A DNA stretch of 64,000 nucleotides from Eledone cirrhosa (GCA_964016885.1 OZ024757.1:16864001-16928000), one strand, 5' to 3'. Shown: positions 1 to 10,292, counted from the stretch's first letter. Notes: generated from the letters alone by a model not told the origin. Program-made: numbers and translations.

Positions 1-408
1 TGCAGGTGCCATCTGTTACATTGCCTCCATCAATGTCTGCTGTGTTCCTCCAACTCCTGCAGGTCCATCTGTTACATTGCCGCCATCAATGTCTGCTGTG
101 TTCCTCCAACTCCTGCAGGTCCATCTGTTACATTGCCGCCATCAATGTCTGCTGTGTACCTCCAACTCCTGCAGGTCCATCTGTTACATTGCCGCCATCA
201 ATGTCTGCTGTGTTCCTCCAACTCCTGCAGGTCTATCTGTTACATTGCCGCCATCAATGTCTGCTGTGTTCCAACTCCTGCAGGTCTCATCTGTTACATT
301 GCCGCCATCAATGTCTGCTGTGTACCTCCAACTCCTGCAGGTCCATCTGTTACATTGCCGCCATCAATGTCTGCTGCGTTCCAACTCCTGCAGGTCCATC
401 TGTTACAT
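1..408. repeat. ~56-bp minisatellite, ~7 copies, truncated by window start
   Basis: Unit tgcaggtccatctgttacattgccgccatcaatgtctgctgtgttcctccaactcc. TGCAGG recurs at 1, 58, 114, 170, 226, 279, 336 and 389 (periods 53-57). Confidence 0.97.
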
Positions 409-518
409 ACAAAAGCTAAGTTCTAACAAAATCGTTCTAAAGTATTTTTATTCATTCCAAAAGTCAGCGTTCTCTGCCAATGATGTCTCTCTCTGCTTTC
501 CTATTACTCTCTCTCTCC

Positions 519-630
519 AATATGTATGTGTGTGTGTATATAAATGTATATACATATATATGTATGTATATATATATGTGTGTGTGTATATATATGTGTG
601 TGTGTATATATATATGTATGTATAGATATG
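519..630. repeat. compound (AT)n/(GT)n microsatellite
   Basis: Alternating tata/gtgt runs seen directly. Confidence 0.95.
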
Positions 631-631
631 T

Positions 632-1236
632 CAGGTCACCGGTTGGTGCTACTGGTAACATGTATCCCAGTACAATCTGTCTCATGGTCGGGTCGTTAGC
701 GACTAAACTGGCAACCCCACCAAAGTTTCTTGGTGACGAGGGTGACTTTGGACATCCTGCAGAACTAAAAACAAAACCTGTCAAAGGGCAAAAGAGCTCT
801 TAAGAGTCAATGGCCATCCAAAATCACCGGGAGAGTTGACCCCTTAGCCTTTGTCAAGGCAGAATTCTTGGAGAAGGAAAACTCTGATATAACACCTGCA
901 ACCCTGATGGTATCCAATGATGTTGACTTGTTCTTCTTTTTGGTAAATATCATCTTGGTTAAGAGAGTGGGACTGGCTTTGTGCAGTGCCTTTGCTCACT
1001 ATAAAAGCTTCACGGCACAGGCATTGCTTTATATCTGGAGATCTCTCTGCACTTGTCGTCACATGGTACCATGGGCCCAGCACTATGTGTCAATAATTGT
1101 CACAAGTGTAGTGTTTGTACCAGAGTTTTCAAGTCGCTGGCTGGACTAAAAAGTCACACTCGTTCAGCGCATCGGTAGGGGATCTCCTACATGGATATAA
1201 AGTAGTGGCCGTACTCGAAAACGAGTTGGCAGCCAC
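632..1236 (+). mobile_element. probable 5' UTR-region fragment of an RTE-like LINE
   Basis: GC-richer island between two microsatellites. It contains ggagaaggaaaactctga (870-887), a motif I recall from RTE-clade 5' UTRs, and several stem-loops at its 5' end. No RT or endonuclease protein motif seen, so the assignment is tentative. Confidence 0.35.
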
Positions 1237-1432
1237 TATGTATATATATATATATGTGTGTGTGTATATATATATGTGTGTGTGTATATATATATATGTG
1301 TGTGTGTATATATATATATATGTATGTATATATATGTATATGTATATATGTGTGTGTGTGTATATATATATGTATATACATATATATATATGTGTATATA
1401 TATATATGTGTGTGTGTGTATGTATATGTATA

Positions 1433-1466
<34 letters not shown>

Positions 1467-1720
1467 CACACACACACACATATATATATATACATATATA
1501 TGCCTGTGCATACACATACACATAATCCACAAATAATACCTGGTTACAGTTTGGTGAAGAAACCGAAATATATATGTGTATGTATGTATAATATATTCTT
1601 ATATATACATATATATATCAGTTTCTTCAAACTGTAACATAATGTTTATGGATTATATATATGTATGCATATATATTAGTATATATATATATATATACAC
1701 ACACACGCACGCACACACAT
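1237..1720. repeat. long compound (AT)/(GT)/(AC) microsatellite tract
   Basis: Dinucleotide runs at 1237-1522, with further patches to ~1720. Source of the Y/I/C/V/H/T-rich spurious ORFs. Confidence 0.95.
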
Positions 1721-2160
1721 GCAAACTGTACTTTTACCCAAAAATATAAAATATAAAAAAAAAAAAAAGGCATAATAGAAGATTATATTGAGAGAAGTAG
1801 TTTTAAAATGAATCAATTATTTCCAAGTCACTGTTGAATGTTTGAATGTAAATCCTCTTGTGTGTTTTATTGTCTAATGGGATCTGAAAATTTCGAAATC
1901 ATTCTTAGCAATCACACAAGACTAAGCAGCACTCTTTTTCTTCTTCTTATCTATACAAAATAAATAGGAAATATTATAAAAAGAACTATTTATTTAACAA
2001 GAAACAAATTAATGCTTTTCCTTTTCAAAAATTATTTCCAAATTGAAAAGAGTGATGTCGAAATATCATAAAGTGTTTTTATTTTTTTGTATGTTAATTT
2101 TTAATTTTACTTTTTTGGAATTTTGAACTTATATATATATATGTGTCCACATGATGATGA

Positions 2161-2450
2161 TAATAATAGTTTGTTTTTGGCACAAGGCCAGCAATTTTGG
2201 GGAGGGGAAAGTCAATTAAATCGACCCTCGTGCATTACTGGTACTTTATTTTATTGACCTCTTAAGGATGAGAGGCAAACCTAATCTCGGCAGGATTTGA
2301 ACTCAGAACGTAAAGAGCCGTAACTCAATGCCACATATTGGGTCGTCAAGTTTGAAATTTTTATTTTTTTTCTAAAACTTTCTACAAATTTCATACTTGA
2401 TGGCCCAATAGAATGTTCGATGCTTTACCAATACTGCCAATCCATCACCA
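2161..2450 (-). mobile_element. tRNA-derived SINE (family A), interrupted by a MITE
   Basis: Minus strand has A-box-like tggcagtattgg (~2427-2438), B box gagttcaaatcc (~2293-2304), body gcctctcatcc...aataaaataaagtaccag and tail ctggccttgtgcc + (att)n. Multiple related copies in the window. Confidence 0.85.
2336..2410. mobile_element. 75-bp Tc1/mariner-like MITE remnant
   Basis: 25-bp imperfect TIRs tattgggtcgtcaagtttgaaattt / aaatttcatacttgatggcccaata with TA at both ends. The SINE sequence resumes on either side. Confidence 0.7.
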
Positions 2451-2454
2451 TAGA

Positions 2455-2912
2455 TCTCTTGTTGTCAACAGAGGTAGTAAGTTGTCTGAACTTTGTCCAT
2501 CCTGTTCTTGTTCTAGCTACTATGCACTCAGAGCATTCTCCACCTCTGTTAATTAGGTCACCTAGGTAGCAGAAGCTATCAACTTCTTCTGTGGATCCAT
2601 CCAGGGATAAGAAAAACTTTATTTTACTGATACTCTTATTACTAACTATCCTTGTGAATCTGCCACATACAGTGTCTACCTTTTCTGTACATTATACAGT
2701 TACTACCTCTTCCTTTTCTACATATCAAGTAAGGCCACTTCCCTGGTGGGATCAGGGTATTGTCTTCTTTCCTGCTTACCAAAACTTTTTTTTCCAAGTT
2801 TACTCTAAGATCTTTTGGCTCTAAGTTTTGTTTCCAAAAACCAGAATTTCTTTCCTAGCTTTTCCACAGATTCAGTTATAAGAACCAAGTTGTCAGCAGT
2901 ACAGAAATTCCT
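2455..2912 (-). mobile_element. decayed RTE-clade LINE reverse transcriptase fragment
   Basis: Minus-strand translation GSTEEVDSFCYLGDLINRGGECSECIVARTRTGWTKFR (F.YLG motif, ~2490-2600) and a degenerate YADD region at ~2890-2910. Stops and frameshifts present. Confidence 0.85.
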
Positions 2913-3077
2913 AATAATAATAATGGTTATTTTATGAACCACAGAGGGTTTACATCAAGAAAAACATCATGATAGTACAGGACAAAACACAGAGTATGTG
3001 TGTTTGTGTTGGGGTGTGGGTTTGGCATGTAAATAAATGTTAACAATGTTAAAATAAAGATAACAATAAAATATAAT

Positions 3078-3263
3078 AATAATAATTGTTTCTACTTTAG
3101 GCACAAGGCCAGCAAATACTCAGTACATTACTGGTACTTTATTTTATCGACCCCGTAAGGCAAAGTTTACCTCAGCGGGATTTGAACTCAGACCGTAAAG
3201 GGACGTAACTATGCTGGAAAGCATGGCGTTCGACCCTCTACCGATACTGCCAATCCACCGCCC
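3078..3263 (-). mobile_element. tRNA-derived SINE (family A), near full length
   Basis: Minus strand reads ggcggtggattggcagtatcggtag (A box) ... ctgagttcaaatccc (B box) ... ggtcgataaaataaagtaccag ... ctggccttgtgcc + (att)n tail. Confidence 0.9.
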
Positions 3264-3308
3264 TTTAATATAATAATAATGGTACAATATTCACGATAGT
3301 AGTTATCA

Positions 3309-3500
3309 GGACAGTGGATTAGCAGTATCGGTAGAGTGACGGACAATGTGCTTTGTGGTATATAGTTATGGCCCTTTACATTGTGAGTTCAAATCTCGCT
3401 GAGGTTAAACTTTGCTTTATATCATTATGAGGTCAATAAAATAAAGTACCAGTAATGCACTAGGGTTGATTTAATCTATTTTCTCCTTCCCTAAAATTGT
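3309..3500 (+). mobile_element. tRNA-derived SINE (family A)
   Basis: gtggattagcagtatcggtag A box, gagttcaaatctc B box, ggtcaataaaataaagtaccag body. Confidence 0.88.
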
Positions 3501-3556
3501 TGTTACTATTTGAGGGTAATGGATTCACAGAATCATTAGAGCATTGGATACCAATA

Positions 3557-3663
3557 AAGTGTCTTGTTCAAGGACGTAATGCATCACCCAGTCCAGGGAG
3601 TTGAATTCACAACGTTCACAATTGTGAATCCAATTCTCTAACCACTAAGCCATGTGCCTCCAC
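3557..3663 (-). mobile_element. second tRNA-derived SINE family (CORE-like), 5' part
   Basis: Minus strand: gtggaggcacatggcttagtggttagag (A box), degenerate B box gaattcaactccc, then ccttgaacaagacactt, which resembles the CORE-domain motif ccttgggcaagtcactt. Confidence 0.7.
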
Positions 3664-3999
3664 AATAAAATATTGTAAATATCGGAGACTTCCTCGATTG
3701 TATTGGTAAAATACATATAAGGTATTAAGGTTGACAAATCTGGACCCTAGAGGATCAGTGTGGGAGACAAGTCATCCCAGCACTTCAGTGTAATAACTTT
3801 TCAAAAACCATTACAAAGCAGGAAGAGATAACAGTGGTTCGTGTAGACATTCTCTGACAATGGGTGGAGAAAGTGGTGATACCAAAGAAGATGTAATTTG
3901 TAAGTATAGCCACGGTCATTTTCTTCAGTTGTTAGGTGAGGAATTGACAGTGTCATAAGACTGTCACAGTTAATACATCAGTATATCTTCTTCTCACTC

Positions 4000-4305
4000 T
4001 ACAGTTTGACTTTATAATCCTGCCAAAGTTAACTTTGCCTTTCTTTCAAGCTTGATATATAACCCTTTAGCATTTAAACCGGCCATATCTGGCTTGAATA
4101 TCTCACCTCTTTTTGTTCAAACCAGTCATAACTGGATGCTCATACTGACGTTAAGGTATCGTTCTCAAAATAAATAACATCAAAATCTCATAGATTCGAT
4201 ATTATGTGAGATAAAGCCTTTACCATGAAAATATAATAGTATATATAGAGAGTAATGTAAATGCTAAAGGGTTAAACTACCAGTCCAGTACTGGGGGTTG
4301 ATTTT
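4000..4305 (+). mobile_element. degenerate family A SINE split by a MITE
   Basis: aatcctgccaaagttaactttgcctttc lies before 4060 and taccagtccagtactgggggttgatt after 4275, collinear with intact copies. Confidence 0.6.
4063..4271. mobile_element. piggyBac-like MITE (209 bp)
   Basis: Perfect 14-bp TIRs ccctttagcattta (4063-4076) / taaatgctaaaggg (4258-4271). Flanks are ATAA on the left and TTAA on the right. CCC..GGG ends with a TTAA target are piggyBac hallmarks. Confidence 0.8.
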
Positions 4306-4369
4306 TTATTCATCTGTCTCCCTCTCTCTCTCTCTTCCCAATCACCATACAGCAGACTATCAATAGCAT

Positions 4370-5622
4370 TTTAATGTACATTGTTCCAAGCTCACATTTG
4401 TTGGATGGGTCATTCTCTGCACTGCATCCTTCCTCCTCTGTGAGTCTCAGCTCTCACCACCTCCACCCAGGTCTTCTTCTACTGTGGCTTCCTTCCACTA
4501 GGATTTCCTGGTACTTCTTCACCCAGCAATCACCATCCATGTGCATCAGATGTCTGTACTCACACAGTCTTCTCTTGTGTGCACCATTTCAGATTCCTCT
4601 TAAACCCATTTTCTCCCTCAGTCCATCCAAGCTCTACCTTTCTCTCACATTTACATTGCACATCCACTGAAGCATGGTTGCTTCATTTCTCACCAGTCTA
4701 TGCATGTCCGCTGCAATCACTGCCCATGTTACATTACCATGCAGTAATCACTTTGCATGCAGCTGTCATATAGTTCTCCTTTTCTACGTAGGGAGAAACC
4801 TTTTGTTGTCAACAGTGAGAATAACTTTAAGCTTCTTCCATCCTATCTTTATTCTAACTATGATGCTCTTAGAACACCCTCCTCCACTGCTAATTAAGTC
4901 ACTTAACAGCAAAAGCTATGAACCACTTCTATGGATCCTTCATGTGATTGAAAAAGGTTTGTATCACTGATGCTATTCCCCTCAATTACCTCTGTGCATT
5001 TTTTATATACAAAATCTTCTCTTCCTGTTAGTCTACTTGTTATCCCATTACATCTCTTATGTACCCAAGATTTACATTGTGTACATCTTTTAGAGTCTAC
5101 ATGTTCAGCAGGGCCACTTTCCTGAGAGCCCAATCGTTTTTCCTACTTACTAGCACTTTAGTTTTGACTAAGTTTACTCTCAGACCTTCTGATTCCAAAT
5201 TCTGTTTCCATAGTCGGAACTTATTCTCTAAGTCTTTTATGGATTCAGCTATAAAGACCAAATTATCTGCATAGAGAAATTCACGTGGTCAGCCAGTTTT
5301 AAACTCCTGTTATGGGAACTGTGATGAACAGCAGTCGGCTGAGAATAGAACCTTGATGAACTCCTACCTGTACCTTGAATTCCTCACTAAACTCATTTCC
5401 TACTCTCACTTTACTGACATCTCCTCTGTACATAGCTTGCACTGCTCTCACAGACCATTCTTCTACACCTAATTTTCTGAAGGACCACCAGATATTAGAT
5501 CGAGGTTATCTGTCAAAGGCCTTTTCTAGATCAACAAAAGCAAAATATAGCATTTTATTCTTGGCTAGGAACTTCTCTTGTAGTTGTCTCACTAAGAAGA
5601 GGGCATCTGTAATACTTTTCTC
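4370..5622 (-). mobile_element. 5'-truncated decayed RTE-clade LINE (RT domain to C-terminus)
   Basis: Minus-strand motifs in order: AFVDLEKAFD (5512-5541), VGVHQGSILS (~5338-5367), FLYADNL (~5260-5279), CTQCKSWVHKRC, IEVVHSFC/SDLISSGGGC, and VEGSHSRRRP near 4470-4500. Disrupted by stops and frameshifts. Confidence 0.92.
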
Positions 5623-5865
5623 ATGTATATATATAAATATATATTTATGTATAAAGAGAGAGAGTGGGGAGATAGGCACTGCCAAGCATTTCTAAGGTCC
5701 ATTAAAAAAATGCTGTCAGATTCTGCAGTATCTGACTGCACCAGTTATGGTAACTTAATTGATATGATCTCTCTCTGTCTTTTTCTATATATATATGTAT
5801 GTGTGTGTGTATATATATATATTTGTTTCCCCAGAGAAAGAGTGAGAAAAAGTTATAGAGAAAGA

Positions 5866-6009
5866 ACCAGCCTCAGTATTTGACTGGTATTTTTTTATCA
5901 TGCTTAAAAGGTAAAGATAACTTTGGCAGAATTTGAACACAAAGTGCAGAGAGTCGGAATGAACACCACAAAATCTGACATTCTAACAACTCTGCTAATC
6001 TTCCACCCA
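5866..6009 (-). mobile_element. degenerate family A SINE
   Basis: actggtattttttatc...aaagataactttggcagaatttgaac...ctctgctaatc matches the other minus-strand copies. Confidence 0.65.
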
Positions 6010-6478
6010 ACATCACAATACCCACACCCTAACTAACACTACCATCATCACCATATTAAACAATCTAGTTAACCCACTTATACTCTTCATGTAATTATGT
6101 GATTCCAGTAAAGAAACAAGACACCTCAAATTGATACCATATTTCTAATGAAACATTTTGCCTTAGAAAATAATGTCTTGAAAACGATGAAGAATTCAGA
6201 GGGATTTAATAAAATAACTTTTTGATTATGAAGGTGGTTTTTAGAACATTAAAAAAATCTCCTAATTAAATCCATAATGAAAATCCTTTAATGAAATGTA
6301 TGTCATTTATTTTTAAAAATTATAATCAGGAGGGATTTATTAAAATAACTTATTGATTATTAAGTAGGCCTTTACAACAGAGCTTAAAAAAAATGTCTTA
6401 ATTAAAACATAATGAAGTAAGTTCTTAATTATGAAACTGGATTTTAGAACATAAGGAGCCCCGTGAGGTGGGGTGGCT

Positions 6479-6601
6479 GGTCTGAGTTCAAATCCCGCTG
6501 AGGTAAACTTTGCCTTTCATCCTTACGGGGTCAATAAAATAAAGTACCAGTAATACACTGGGGTAATTGCTGGCCTTGTGCCAAATGAAGAATCAGTTAT
6601 T
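6479..6601 (+). mobile_element. 5'-truncated family A SINE
   Basis: ctgagttcaaatcccgctgaggtaaactttgcctttcatccttacggggtcaataaaataaagtaccag...ctggccttgtgcc. Confidence 0.88.
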
Positions 6602-6618
6602 CTATAAGTCTACCTCTC

Positions 6619-6755
6619 TTAGATATTGCTCAATTATTTCTATATAATGTCAATATGGCTTTTCATAACATTGAGAGATTTTATATGTGGAGCTTGTTTA
6701 TGACTTAAAAGGTTCTTACATAAAATCATAATGGATATTTTTGTAATATCAAAAT
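6619..6755 (+). repeat. direct repeat block A (second copy 8871-9009)
   Basis: ttagata(t/c)tgctcaattatttctatataatgtcaatatggcttttcat...ggttcttacataaaatcataatggatat occurs twice. Confidence 0.9.
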
Positions 6756-6793
6756 AGGAGTGGTTTTCTATGAAAGGGGTCATGTTACTAATT

Positions 6794-6847
6794 AGTGGAC
6801 CCAACACTAACCATTAAGTACTTAATGGTTAGAGTGTTGGGTCCACT
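6794..6847. repeat. 54-bp loopless near-perfect palindrome
   Basis: agtggacccaacactaaccattaagt|acttaatggttagagtgttgggtccact. The arms differ only by a 2-nt indel. Confidence 0.95.
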
Positions 6848-7376
6848 GGAGCCTGAGCAAGAACTCCCTCTTTGTACAGGTCTCCGTCAAGACCTCTCGC
6901 CTCCTTGGTCCATGCACAGATAAAGAAATTGTCTAGCAGGTGTGTGATGAGTACTCCAGGTGTGACCAACCTGGCTTTTTTTAGAGAAGGGCTACACATA
7001 TATCTGGCATTCATTGAGACAGTGAGGATGATTTGGCAGTTATTTTTAGCAGGTCGTGTGACTGCATAACGAGGTTTTCGTCAGAGAGTTGGAGGAGGGA
7101 AAGTTATTACACTTTGCGATAGATTTGTCATCGAACCCTTATATAACGGAAGTTTTTGGTGTTCTGGGTGCCTGAATTATGACGTCTGACATGTAGAATT
7201 ATTTTATATACACACTTATAGCAGCGGTCCTACTTCCACAGTAAAGGCAACAGCTCTACCCCTTTGCGATATCCTTAAGCACCCCAATATAAAGAGAACA
7301 GCTCCTGTAAAATTACCGGACGGGTATTTTTTTAGAGATGTTTTGTATATTATTGACAAATAACATTTTTTCTAGT

Positions 7377-7504
7377 AATAATAATTGTTTCGCACAAGCG
7401 AATTACACAGTACATTACTGGTACTTTATTTTATCGACCCCGTAAGGATGAAAGGCAAGGTTAACCTCGACGGGATTTGAACTGAGACCGCAAAGGGACG
7501 TAAC
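7377..7504 (-). mobile_element. family A SINE fragment
   Basis: attactggtactttattttatcgaccccgtaaggatgaaaggcaagg...gggatttgaactgagacc. Confidence 0.85.
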
Positions 7505-7885
7505 AAATATATATATATCGCTTCATCCAGCATGGATTCCCCTCCACCCTGATCCAAGCTGCCCTTACCCGTGAGACCGACCTTACCCCCCCCCCCCCCC
7601 CCATTATCCTACCTCTCCGGCGACATATTCTCCGTTTCTTCCGCACCCTCTCTTCTGATTCCGTCACTTCTCGCTTTTTTTCGTAACCTCTGCGGTTACG
7701 AGGTGACGTATAGAATAACAAACCGATGTAAGGGACGTAAATGAGAGATAGGTTCTTCTAAAGTGTATATATATATGTTTATATATAAACATATTGTTAC
7801 CCCACAGTAAAGTGTTAGACAAGAATAATCCAAGGGACTTAACTCTAATCCTCAAATCGTGTTGACTTTTATATTAATTGTTTAA

Positions 7886-7932
<47 letters not shown>

Positions 7933-7985
7933 TAGGTACATGTGTGTTTATTTAGATATATCTATGTATATATATATCTTCGTCA

Positions 7986-8192
7986 TTGGTGTTCCCAAGA
8001 TGGATGTTAAAGGCTACTGGTTGTCTCACTGTGGATAATGCCATTGAGTTCACCCTCATTACTCACTGGAGAAACAAGGAGTAGACCCTGCTTACTTCAC
8101 ACTACAAAGGTGCTACGTCCACTCTCAGATTACACCAAGACAGTGACAAGATAAAAATAGAAAGAGGAGCAAGACAAGGAGACATTTCCCTA
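7986..8192 (+). mobile_element. block B with RTE-like RT fragment (second copy 9045-9228)
   Basis: Translation at ~8116-8190 is TSTLRLHQDSDKIKIERGARQGDIS, a GxRQGD.SP RT motif. A diverged duplicate ttggtgttcccaagatgg...ctctcagattacaccaagaca lies at 9045-9210. Confidence 0.75.
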
Positions 8193-8330
8193 AAAATATA
8201 TGTATATACAATAATAAATAATTATATATATGTATTGAAATATAAATGTGTGTATGTGATGTATATATATGTATGTATGTATTTATATTATGTATGTATT
8301 ATATAATATGTATATATATATAAAATACTT

Positions 8331-8733
8331 TGCGCATGCGCGTTGACGTCTAATGTTTTGGAGCATGCGTAGTTCTGTTTAGAAAAAATATGGCTGCTTA
8401 AATTTTTCGTGTTCTTCTAAATTGTAGAAATAAATGTTAAAAACTAGGATTTTACCAGTTTTCTGCAGGTAAAGTAGAGCTTAATATTATGTTGAATAGT
8501 TTTATTGAAACATTGTATTTTTAGTTCCTTCTTAATGTCAGCAAAAACTAATTTAAACAGTAGTTTTGTCTAGTTGCCGTAACCACGTGGTTGTTTGTAC
8601 ACACACCCTCGTATTTCAATTAATTATTTAGTGTACATTTTTATTTCGTTGAGGTTTCTTGGTAAATGTTATAATTTCTAGTTCTCTGTATAATGGGGAA
8701 CTTTCTGTTTATCATAGTCGCAATCATAGTTTT
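8331..8733 (+). promoter_or_regulatory. candidate Pol II promoter/first exon, copy 1
   Basis: NRF1 consensus tgcgcatgcgcg (8331-8342), CRE-like tgacgtc (8344-8350), second gcatgcg, aaaatatggc (YY1-like), donor-like CAG|gtaaagt at 8469, gttgccgtaac (RFX half-site-like) and E-box accacgtggt (~8582-8591). Motif-based only. Confidence 0.45.
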
Positions 8734-9270
8734 ATAATACGCTTTTGCCATTTTGTCTGTGGCACTACTCAGACTGAGGTGTAGTGACTGCCCCCCCCCC
8801 CCCCCTTTTCGACGCTTGATCCATCTTTCCTTTTCATTCTATTCTTTTCTTTAGTAGTGTTTTGTTTTTATTAGATACTGCTCAATTATTTCTATATAAT
8901 GTCAATATGGCTTTTCATGGCATTGTGAGATTTTGTATTTGACGCTCGTTTGGGACTTAACAAAAGGTTCTTACATAAAATCATAATGGATATGTTTGTA
9001 ACATCAAATCTGGTGGTGGTTTAGCATTGCTTTTAAACAAGACCTTGGTGTTCCCAAGATGGCTGTTAAAGGCTACTGGTTGTCTCACAGTGTGGATAGC
9101 AGGATGATGCCATTGAGTTCACCCCACTATTAACTGGAGAAACATGGAGTAGACCCTGCTTACATCACATTACAATGGTGCTACATCCATTCTCAGATTA
9201 CACCAAGACAAGGTCAAAGACAGGAGACGTTTCGGCGATATCCAATTTTAGCGGCCTAAATGCCGCTTAC

Positions 9271-9962
9271 TTGCTTTTCATCCTTACGGTCGATAAAATA
9301 AAGTACCAGTAATACACTGAGCTAATTGCTGGCCTTGTGCCAAAAGTAGAAACAATTATTGTATATATTCTCAAGGAAACGTCGGCGATATCCAATTTTA
9401 GCGGCCTAAATGCCGCTTACTTGCTGTAGTTGCTGCTTACTTCAATGTATGAGGCTATTCCAACAAATTTACATTCCCTTTTTTTTTTTAGCCGTTAAAA
9501 GAAATATAGATTTATTTATTTTATTTTTTTTTTTGCGATTTATTTGCCACTGGGGCATAGATTTCTTTATTTGCCACGTTTTTTGTTTGTTTGTTTTTTT
9601 GCGATTTATTAGCCTTTTGGGGTCACACACACCCCCGTAGAAAGTGTGCGACCTTTCTGCCAGGGAGCACAGAGAGAGGGGGGTGCTCCCTTCTTCTCTT
9701 ACCTGTACAAACCATTTGTTGGCCGGTGACATATCCCCACAGTTTCCTCGTTCTGGGAATGTAAATTTGTTGGAATAGCCTCATACATTGAAGTAAGCAG
9801 CAACTACAGCACGTAAGCGGCATTTAGGCCGCTAAAATTGGATATCGCCGACGTTTCCTTGAGAATATATACAATAATTGTTTCTACTTTTGGCACAAGG
9901 CCAGCAATTAGCCCAGTGTATTACTGGTACTTTATTTTATCGACCGTAAGGATGAAAGGCAA
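9271..9962. repeat. long inverted repeat: 208-bp arms (9271-9478, 9755-9962), 276-bp spacer
   Basis: The arms are reverse complements with 3 mismatches by eye. Each contains the 3' half of a family A SINE plus ~110 bp of other sequence. ORFs 9410(+) and 9823(-) begin with the same peptide for this reason. Confidence 0.97.
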
Positions 9963-9980
9963 AGTTAACCTTATATGTAT

Positions 9981-10148
9981 ATACAATAATTGTTTCTACT
10001 TTTTGACACAAGGCCAGTACATTACTGGTACTTTATTTTATCGACACCGTAAGGATGAAAGGCAAAGATAACCTCGGCGGAATTTGAACTCAGACCATAA
10101 AGGGCCGTAACTCTTTGCTGCAAAGCATGGCGTCAGACCCTTTACCGC
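9981..10148 (-). mobile_element. family A SINE, near full length
   Basis: ggtactttattttatcgacaccgtaaggatgaaaggcaaag...ggaatttgaactcagacc...gcaaagcatggcgtcagaccctttaccg. Confidence 0.88.
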
Positions 10149-10292
10149 CACTCCAGTTGTTAAGGCCACAATGGAGAACTCAGTCAATATGTGACAGTAG
10201 TTCTTTCTTTACGTGCTGGTCTCTGTACTGTCATGTTCCTCTGCAATACTGGGAAAGATGATTATATATTTGTATGTGAGTGTGTATATGTC

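Noticed and set aside
6-625. Three overlapping + strand ORFs of 97-182 aa
   Set aside because: The 56-bp unit lacks + strand stops, and the peptides cycle through the three frames. This is a minisatellite artefact.
1174-1194. gtaggggatctcctacatgg resembles the array-start motif at 12503-12520
   Set aside because: Short gapped match with no flanking homology, so it could be chance.
1115-1637. Y/I/C/V/H/T-rich ORFs on both strands
   Set aside because: Translations of dinucleotide microsatellites.
3078-3663. tRNA genes suggested by A/B boxes
   Set aside because: No cloverleaf can be built, and the boxes continue into SINE bodies.
3720-3906. Possible coding exon ending at GTAAGT (3900)
   Set aside because: Stops in all three + frames across the segment, with no clear acceptor or recognisable domain.
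6829-7069. Opposing 61-65 aa ORFs
   Set aside because: No motif I can identify. Possibly decayed retroelement sequence, but unsupported.
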